Positions 55,359-64,000 of a stretch of 64,000 bases of DNA are shown in pieces; the first letter of the stretch is position 1, and every line of letters begins with the position of its first letter. Under the pieces are notes generated by a model. That model saw only the letters and a program-made list of their open reading frames with translations. It was not told the origin of the DNA and made no database searches. The stretch covers positions 310,001-374,000 of the forward strand of contig OZ059895.1 in assembly GCA_964057225.1 (NCBI GenBank), given 5' to 3'. A program made the translations under genes and the position numbers. This DNA is from Auanema rhodensis (Eukaryota; Animalia; Nematoda).

Positions 55359-57999
55359 TTCGAAAAATTTCAAAATATTTTAGCAAAAAGTAGATGTTTT
55401 TAGATTCCATTTTTCAAGGCAAAGACGATAGGCAATGTTATTCAACGAAAAAATCGAATGCACTATACTACATTGAGAAACGCTTGATACAAAAATTAGT
55501 TATGATTGTTTGAAAAATGATGCATTAGTGTATGTTGAGTTTCCATGTACACTCAACATTGCTTCCAAAAACATTTTGACAAAAATTTTTTCGAAAAATT
55601 TCAAAATAATTTAGCAAAAAGTAGGTGTTTTTAGATTCCTTTTTTTAAGGCAAAGACGATGGACAATGTTATTCAACGAAAAAATTAATTCTTCAGGGTG
55701 AAAATCGAGGATATAAGTGTGAACTTATATCAGTTGATATCTCGGTGCATTTTTAAGCTAGCGCAAATCTGATAACACAGATCGACGCAGCTTAAAAATC
55801 CGCATCGAATGCACTATACTACATCAAGAAACGCTTGATACAAAAATTAGTTATGATCGTTTGAAAAATGATGCATTAGTGTATGTTGAGTTTCCATGTA
55901 CACTCAACATTGCTTCCAAAAACATTTTGACAAAAATTTTTTCGAAAAATTTCAAAATAATTTAGCAAAAAGTAGATGTTTTTAGATTCCATTTTTCAAG
56001 GCAAAGACGATAGGCAATGTTATTCAACGAAAAAATTAATTCTTCAGGGTGAAAATCGAGGATATAAGTGTGAACTTATATCAGTTGATATCTCGGTGCA
56101 TTTTTAAGCTAGCGCAAATCTGATAACACAGATCGACGCAGCTTAAAAATGAGCATCGAATGCACTATACTACATTGAGAAACGCTTGATACAAAAATTA
56201 GTTATGATCGTTTGAAAAATGATGCATTAGTGTATGTTGAGTTTCCATGTACACACAACATTGCTTCCAAAAACATTTTGACAAAAACTTTTTCGAAAAA
56301 TTTCAAAATAATTTAGCAAAAAGTAGATGTTTTTAGATTCTTTTTTTTAAGGCAAAGACGATGGACAATGTTATTCAACGAAAAAATTAATTCTTCAGGG
56401 TGAAAATCGAGGATATAAGTGTGAACTTATATCAGTTGATATCTCGGTGCATTTTTAAGCTAGCGCAAATCTGATAACACAGATCGACGCAGCTTAAAAA
56501 TCCGCATCGAATGCACTATACTACATTGAGAAACGCTTGATACAAAAATTAGTTATGATTGTTTGAAAAATGATGCATTAGTGTATGTTGAGTTTCCATG
56601 TACACTCAACATTGCTTCCAAAAACATTTTGACAAAAATTTTTTCGAAAAATTTCAAAATAATTTAGCAAAAAGTAGATGTTTTTAGATTACATTTTTCA
56701 AGGCAAAGACGATAGGCAATGTTATTCAACGAAAAAATTAATTCTTCAGGGTGAAAATCGAGGATATAAGTGTGAACTTATATCAGTTGATATCTCGGTG
56801 CATTTTTAAGCTAGCGCAAATCTGATAACACAGATCGACGCAGCTTAAAAGTCCGCATCGAATGCACTATACTACATTGAGAAACGCTTGATACAAAAAT
56901 TAGTTATGATTGTTTGAAAAATGATGCATTAGTGTATGTTGAGTTTCCATGTACACTCAACATTGCTTCCAAAAACATTTTGACAAAAATTTTTTCGAAA
57001 AATTTCAAAATAATTTAGCAAAAAGTAGATGTTTTTAGATTCCTTTTTTTAAGGCAAAGACGATGGACAATGTTATTCAACGAAAAAATTAATTCTTCAG
57101 GGTGAAAATCGAGGATATAAGTGTGAACTTATATCAGTTGATATCTCGGTGCATTTTTAAGCTAGCGCAAATCTGATAACACAGATCGACGCAGCTTAAA
57201 AATCCGCATCGAATGCACTATACTACATCAAGAAACGCTTGATACAAAAATTAGTTATGATCGTTTGAAAAATGATGCATTAGTGTATGTTGAGTTTCCA
57301 TGTACACTCAACATTGCTTCCAAAAACATTTTGACAAAAATTTTTTCGAAAAATTTCAAAATAATTTAGCAAAAAGTAGATGTTTTTAGATTCCATTTTT
57401 CAAGGCAAAGACGATAGGCAATGTTATTCAACGAAAAAATTAATTCTTCAGGGTGAAAATCGAGGATATAAGTGTGAACTTATATCAGTTGATATCTCGG
57501 TGCATTTTTAAGCTAGCGCAAATCTGATAACACAGATCGACGCAGCTTAAAAATGAGCATCGAATGCACTATACTACATTGAGAAACGCTTGATACAAAA
57601 ATTAGTTATGATCGTTTGAAAAATGATGCATTAGTGTATGTTGAGTTTCCATGTACACACAACATTGCTTCCAAAAACATTTTGACAAAAACTTTTTCGA
57701 AAAATTTCAAAATAATTTAGCAAAAAGTAGATGTTTTTAGATTCTTTTTTTTAAGGCAAAGACGATGGACAATGTTATTCAACGAAAAAATTAATTCTTC
57801 AGGGTGAAAATCGAGGATATAAGTGTGAACTTATATCAGTTGATATCTCGGTGCATTTTTAAGCTAGCGCAAATCTGATAACACAGATCGACGCAGCTTA
57901 AAAATCCGCATCGAATGCACTATACTACATTGAGAAACGCTTGATACAAAAATTAGTTATGATTGTTTGAAAAATGATGCATTAGTGTATGTTGAGTTT
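52992..57999. repeat. Large inverted repeat 2: arms about 52992-55358 and 55633-57999, 274-bp spacer
   Basis: Both arms carry the 42896-45260 haplotype series. ggaatct ending at 55358 pairs with agattcc starting at 55633. Confidence 0.82.
55358..57999 (+). repeat. Forward satellite block, a further copy of the 42.15-45.26 kb haplotype series
   Basis: Variant order aaaatatttt, gtaggtg (55621), catcaag, aatgagc, acacacaac, gattacat, aaaagtcc, catcaag, aatgagc matches 42.15-45.26 kb (offset 12737 after 55454). Confidence 0.9.
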
Positions 58000-60205
58000 A
58001 AATGATGCATTAGTGTATGTTGAGTTTCCATGTACACTCAACATTGCTTCCAAAAACATTTTGACAAAAATTTTTTCGAAACATTTCAAAATAATTTAGC
58101 AAAAAGTAGATGTTTTTAGATTCCTTTTTTCAAGGCAAAGACGATAGACAATGTTATTCAACGAAAAAATTAATTCTTCAGGGAGAAAATCGAGGATATA
58201 AGTGTGAACTTATATCAGTTGATATCTCGGTGCATTTTTAAGCTAGCGCAAATCTGATAACACAAATCGACGCAGCTTAAAAATCCGCATCGAATGCACT
58301 ATACTACATTGAGAAACGCTTATTACAAAAATTAGTTATGATCGTTTGAAAAATGATGCATTAGTGTATGTTGAGTTTCCATGTACACTCAACATTGCTT
58401 CCAAAAACATTTTGACAAAAATTTTTTCGAAAAATTTCAAAATAATTTAGCAAAAAGTAGATGTTTTTAGATTTCATTTTTCAAGGCAAAGACGATAGAC
58501 AATGTTATTCAACGAAAAAATTAATTCTTCAGGGTGAAAATCGAGGATATAAGTGTGAACTTATATCAGTTGATATCTCGGTGCATTTTTAAGCTAGCGC
58601 AAATCTGATAACACAGATCGACGCAGCTTAAAAATCCGCATCGAATGCACTATACTACATTGAGAAACGCTTAATACAAAAATTAGTTATGATCGTTTGA
58701 AAAATGATGCATTAGTGTATGTTGAGTTTCCATGTACACTCAACATTGCTTCCAAAAACATTTTGACAAAAATTTTTTCGAAAAATTTCAAAATAATTTA
58801 GCAAAAAGTAGATGTTTTTAGATTTCATTTTTCAAGGCAAAGACGATAGACAATGTTATTCAACAAAAAAATTAATTCTTCAGGGTGAAAATCGAGGATA
58901 TAAGTGTGAACTTATATCAGTTGATATCTCGGTGCATTTTTAAGCTACCGCAAATCTGATAACACAGATCGACGCAGCTTAAAAATCCGCATCGAATGCA
59001 CTATACTACATTGAGAAACGCTTAATACAAAAATTAGTTATGATCGTTTGAAAAATGATGCATTAGTGTATGTTGAGTTTCCATGTACACTCAACATTGC
59101 TTCCAAAAACATTTTGACAAAAATTTTTTCGAAAAATTTCAAAATAATTTAGCAAAAAGTAGATGTTTTTAGATTTCATTTTTCAAGGCAAAGACGATAG
59201 ACAATGTTATTCAACGAAAAAATTAATTCTTCAGGGTGAAAATCGAGGATATAAGTGTGAACTTATATCAGTTGATATCTCGGTGCATTTTTAAGCTAGC
59301 GCAAATCTGATAACACAGATTGACGCAGCTTAAAAATCCGCATCGAGTGCACTATACTACATTGAGAAACGCTTAATACAAAAATTAGTTTTGATCGTTT
59401 GAAAAATGATGCATTAGTGTATGTTGAGTTTCCATGTACACTCAACATTGCTTCCAAAAACATTTTGACAAAAATTTTTTCGAAAAATTTCAAAATAATT
59501 TAGCAAAAAGTAGATGTTTTTAGATTCCATTTTTCAAAGCAAAGACGATGGACAATGTTATTCAACGAAAAAATTAATTCTTCAGGGTGAAAATCGAGGA
59601 TATAAGTGTGAACTTATATCAGTTGATATCTCGGTGCCTTTTTAAGCTAGCGCAAATCTGATAACACAGATTGACGCAGCTTAAAAATCCGCATCGAGTG
59701 CACTATACTACATTGAGAAACGCTTAATACAAAAATTAGTTCTGATCGTTTGAAAAATGATGCATTAGTGTATGTTGAGTTTCCATGTACACTCAACATT
59801 GCTTCCAAAAACATTTTGACAAAAATTTTTTCGAAAAATTTCAAAATAATTTAGCAAAAAGTAGATGTTTTTAGATTCCATTTTTCAAAGCAAAGACGAT
59901 GGACAATGTTATTCAACGAAAAAATTAATTCTTCAGGGTGAAAATCGAGGATATAAGTGTGAACTTATATCAGTTGATATCTCGGTGCATTTTTAAGCTA
60001 GCGCAAATCTGATAACACAGATCGACGCAGCTTAAAAATCCGCATCGAATGCACTATACTACATTGAGAAACGCTTAATACAAAAATTAGTTATGATCGT
60101 TTGAAAAATGATGCATTAGTGTATGTTGAGTTTCCATGTACACTCAACATTGCTTCCAAAAACATTTTGACAAAAATTTTTTCGAAACATTTCAAAATAG
60201 TTTAG
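58000..60205 (+). repeat. Forward satellite block with domain-B haplotypes (left arm plus spacer of the third palindrome)
   Basis: New variant set (gaaacattt, gggagaaa, cacaaatc, caacaaaa, gctaccg, catcgagt, caaagc), mirrored at 60204-62348. Confidence 0.92.
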
Positions 60206-62348
60206 TGTACATGGAAACTCAACATACACTAATGCATCATTTTTCAAACGATCATAACTAATTTTTGTATTAAGCGTTTCTCAATGTAGTATAGTGCATT
60301 CGATGCGGATTTTTAAGCTGCGTCGATCTGTGTTATCAGATTTGCGCTAGCTTAAAAATGCACCGAGATATCAACTGATATAAGTTCACACTTATATCCT
60401 CGATTTTCACCCTGAAGAATTAATTTTTTCGTTGAATAACATTGTCCATCGTCTTTGCTTTGAAAAATGGAATCTAAAAACATCTACTTTTTGCTAAATT
60501 ATTTTGAAATTTTTCGAAAAAATTTTTGTCAAAATGTTTTTGGAAGCAATGTTGAGTGTACATGGAAACTCAACATACACTAATGCATCATTTTTCAAAC
60601 GATCAAAACTAATTTTTGTATTAAGCGTTTCTCAATGTAGTATAGTGCACTCGATGCGGATTTTTAAGCTGCGTCAATCTGTGTTATCAGATTTGCGCTA
60701 GCTTAAAAAGGCACCGAGATATCAACTGATATAAGTTCACACTTATATCCTCGATTTTCACCCTGAAGAATTAATTTTTTCGTTGAATAACATTGTCCAT
60801 CGTCTTTGCTTTGAAAAATGGAATCTAAAAACATCTACTTTTTGCTAAATTATTTTGAAATTTTTCGAAAAAATTTTTGTCAAAATGTTTTTGGAAGCAA
60901 TGTTGAGTGTACATGGAAACTCAACATACACTAATGCATCATTTTTCAAACGATCAAAACTAATTTTTGTATTAAGCGTTTCTCAATGTAGTATAGTGCA
61001 CTCGATGCGGATTTTTAAGCTGCGTCAATCTGTGTTATCAGATTTGCGCTAGCTTAAAAATGCACCGAGATATCAACTGATATAAGTTCACACTTATATC
61101 CTCGATTTTCACCCTGAAGAATTAATTTTTTCGTTGAATAACATTGTCTATCGTCTTTGCCTTGAAAAATGAAATCTAAAAACATCTACTTTTTGCTAAA
61201 TTATTTTGAAATTTTTCGAAAAAATTTTTGTCAAAATGTTTTTGGAAGCAATGTTGAGTGTACATGGAAACTCAACATACACTAATGCATCATTTTTCAA
61301 ACGATCATAACTAATTTTTGTATTAAGCGTTTCTCAATGTAGTATAGTGCATTCGATGCGGATTTTTAAGCTGCGTCGATCTGTGTTATCAGATTTGCGG
61401 TAGCTTAAAAATGCACCGAGATATCAACTGATATAAGTTCACACTTATATCCTCGATTTTCACCCTGAAGAATTAATTTTTTTGTTGAATAACATTGTCT
61501 ATCGTCTTTGCCTTGAAAAATGAAATCTAAAAACATCTACTTTTTGCTAAATTATTTTGAAATTTTTCGAAAAAATTTTTGTCAAAATGTTTTTGGAAGC
61601 AATGTTGAGTGTACATGGAAACTCAACATACACTAATGCATCATTTTTCAAACGATCATAACTAATTTTTGTATTAAGCGTTTCTCAATGTAGTATAGTG
61701 CATTCGATGCGGATTTTTAAGCTGCGTCGATCTGTGTTATCAGATTTGCGCTAGCTTAAAAATGCACCGAGATATCAACTGATATAAGTTCACACTTATA
61801 TCCTCGATTTTCACCCTGAAGAATTAATTTTTTCGTTGAATAACATTGTCTATCGTCTTTGCCTTGAAAAATGAAATCTAAAAACATCTACTTTTTGCTA
61901 AATTATTTTGAAATTTTTCGAAAAAATTTTTGTCAAAATGTTTTTGGAAGCAATGTTGAGTGTACATGGAAACTCAACATACACTAATGCATCATTTTTC
62001 AAACGATCATAACTAATTTTTGTAATAAGCGTTTCTCAATGTAGTATAGTGCATTCGATGCGGATTTTTAAGCTGCGTCGATTTGTGTTATCAGATTTGC
62101 GCTAGCTTAAAAATGCACCGAGATATCAACTGATATAAGTTCACACTTATATCCTCGATTTTCTCCCTGAAGAATTAATTTTTTCGTTGAATAACATTGT
62201 CTATCGTCTTTGCCTTGAAAAAAGGAATCTAAAAACATCTACTTTTTGCTAAATTATTTTGAAATGTTTCGAAAAAATTTTTGTCAAAATGTTTTTGGAA
62301 GCAATGTTGAGTGTACATGGAAACTCAACATACACTAATGCATCATTT
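58000..62348. repeat. Large inverted repeat 3: arms 58000-60144 and 60204-62348, 59-bp spacer
   Basis: Mirror coordinates sum to 120348 (ORF pairs 59296/61052 and 59647/60701; SNP pair 58082/62266). One mismatch was seen (agttctgat near 59742 vs atcaaaact near 60606). Confidence 0.93.
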
Positions 62349-64000
62349 TTCAAACGATCATAACTAATTTGTGTATTAAGCGTTTCTCGATGTAGTATAG
62401 TGCATTCGATGCGGATTTTTAAGCTGCGTCGATCTGTGTTATCAGATTTGCGCTAGCTTAAAAATGCACCGAGATATCAACTGATATAAGTTCACACTTA
62501 TATCCTCGATTTTCACCCTGAAGAATTAATTTTTTCGTTGAATAACATTGTCTATCGTCTTTGCCTTGAAAAATGGAATCTAAAAACATCTACTTTTTGC
62601 TAAATTATTTTGAAATTTTTCGAAAAAATCTTTGTCAAAATGTTTTTGGAAGCAATGTTGAGTGTACATGGAAACTCAACATACACTAATGCATCATTTT
62701 TCAAACGATCATAACTAATTTTTGTATTAAGCGTTTCTCAATGTAGTATAGTGCATTCGATGCGGATTTTTAAGCTGCGTCGATTTGTGTTATCAGATTT
62801 GCGCTAGCTTAAAAATGCACCGAGATATCAACTGATATAAGTTCACACTTATATCCTCGATTTTCACCCTGAAGAATTAATTTTTTCGTTGAATAACATT
62901 GTCCATCGTCTTTGCCTTGAAAAAACGAATCTAAAAACATCTACTTTTTGCTAAACTATTTTGAAATTTTTCGAAAAAATTTTTGTCAAAATGTTTTTGG
63001 AAGCAATGTTGAGTGTACATGGTAACTCAACATACACTAATGCATCAGTTTTCAAACGATCATAACTAATTTTTGTATTAAGCGTTTCTCAATGTAGTAT
63101 AGTGCATTCGATGCGGATTTTTAAGCTGCGTCGATCTGTGTTATCAGATTTGCGCTAGCTTAAAAATGCACCGAGATATCAACTGATATAAGTTCACACT
63201 TATATCCTCGATTTTCACCCTGAAGAATTAATTTTTTTGTTGAATAACATTGTCTATCGTCTTTGCCTTGAAAAATGAAATCTAAAAACATCTACTTTTT
63301 GCTAAATTATTTTGAAATTTTTCGAAAAAATTTTTGTCAAAATGTTTTTGGAAGCAATGTTGAGTGTACATGGAAACTCAACATACACTAATGCATCATT
63401 TTTCAAACGATCATAACTAATTTTTGTATTGAGCGTTTCTCAATGTAGTATAGTGCATTCGATGCGGATTTTTAAGCTGCGTCGATTTGTGTTATCAGAT
63501 TTGCGCTAGCTTAAAAATGCACCGAGATATCAACTGATATAAGTTCACACTTATATCCTCGATTTTCTCCCTGAAGAATTAATTTTTTCGTTGAATAACA
63601 TTGTCCATCGTCTTTGCCTTGAAAAAAGGAATCTAAAAACATCTACTTTTTGCTAAATTATTCTGAAATGTTTCGAAAAAATTTTTGTCAAAATGTTTTT
63701 GGAAGCAATGTTGAGTGTACATGGAAACTCAACATACACTAATGCATCATTTTTCAAACGATCATAACTAATTTGTGTATTAAGCGTTTCTCAATGTAGT
63801 ATAGTGCATTCGATGCGGATTTTTAAGCTGCGTCGATCTGTGTTATCAAATTTGCGCTAGCTTAAAAATGCACCGAGATATCAACTGATATAAGTTCACA
63901 CTTATATCCTCGATTTTCACCCTGAAGAATTAATTTTTTCGTTGAATAACATTGTCTATCGTCTTTGCCTTGAAAAATGGAATCTAAAAACATCTATTTT
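60204..64000 (-). repeat. Inverted satellite block (domain B) running off the window end
   Basis: Reverse-complement monomers from agtgtacatgg (60204) to the end of the window. Confidence 0.97.

Larger units (their letters stand above)
1..64000. repeat. Tandem satellite DNA array, 351-bp monomer, about 180 copies, filling the whole window
   Basis: The motif ttcaaaataatttagcaaaaag recurs at 1, 352, 3511 (10x351) and 7021 (20x351). Monomers differ by only a few substitutions. A hand count of monomer 1 gives 112/351 G+C (about 32%). No non-satellite sequence was seen. Confidence 0.99.

Noticed and set aside
49017-60205. Orientation switches as pure sequencing fold-back chimeras
   Set aside because: The arms have 59-274 bp spacers, microhomology junctions and arm-specific alleles, which favours real events. 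An artefact cannot be fully excluded without the reads.
59296-61052. Four 65-aa ORFs (MKFFEKIF...)
   Set aside because: They are antisense satellite frames opened by point changes that remove stop codons (e.g. agttat to agtttt). They appear as mirror pairs because of palindrome 3.
1-64000. CRISPR array or repeat-spacer system
   Set aside because: The whole 351-bp unit is repeated, with no unique spacers and no cas or other genes.

Overview
The whole 64-kb window is one AT-rich (about 32% GC) tandem satellite with a 351-bp monomer, roughly 180 copies that are near-identical to one another. I see no genes, RNA genes or transposons, and all eight ORFs are by-products of monomer variants. The monomer is itself a chain of dyad symmetries (hairpins). 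From 1 to 49 kb the array is head-to-tail on the + strand and falls into haplotype domains with local multi-monomer duplications (3-, 4-, 5-, 6-, 10- and 15-mer offsets), a 336-bp deletion variant and a 376-bp duplication variant. The main interest is 42-62 kb. Five breakpoints in 11 kb (49017, 55358, 55454, 57999, 60204) produce three kb-scale near-perfect palindromes with arms of about 6.1, 2.4 and 2.1 kb. Private SNPs let these be read as a forward/inverted/forward triplication, fused out of register to a fold-back copy of a second, oppositely oriented satellite domain. The breakpoints fall at the monomer's own short inverted repeats. The organism and satellite family cannot be identified from the sequence alone; a eukaryotic (peri)centromeric origin is an inference.
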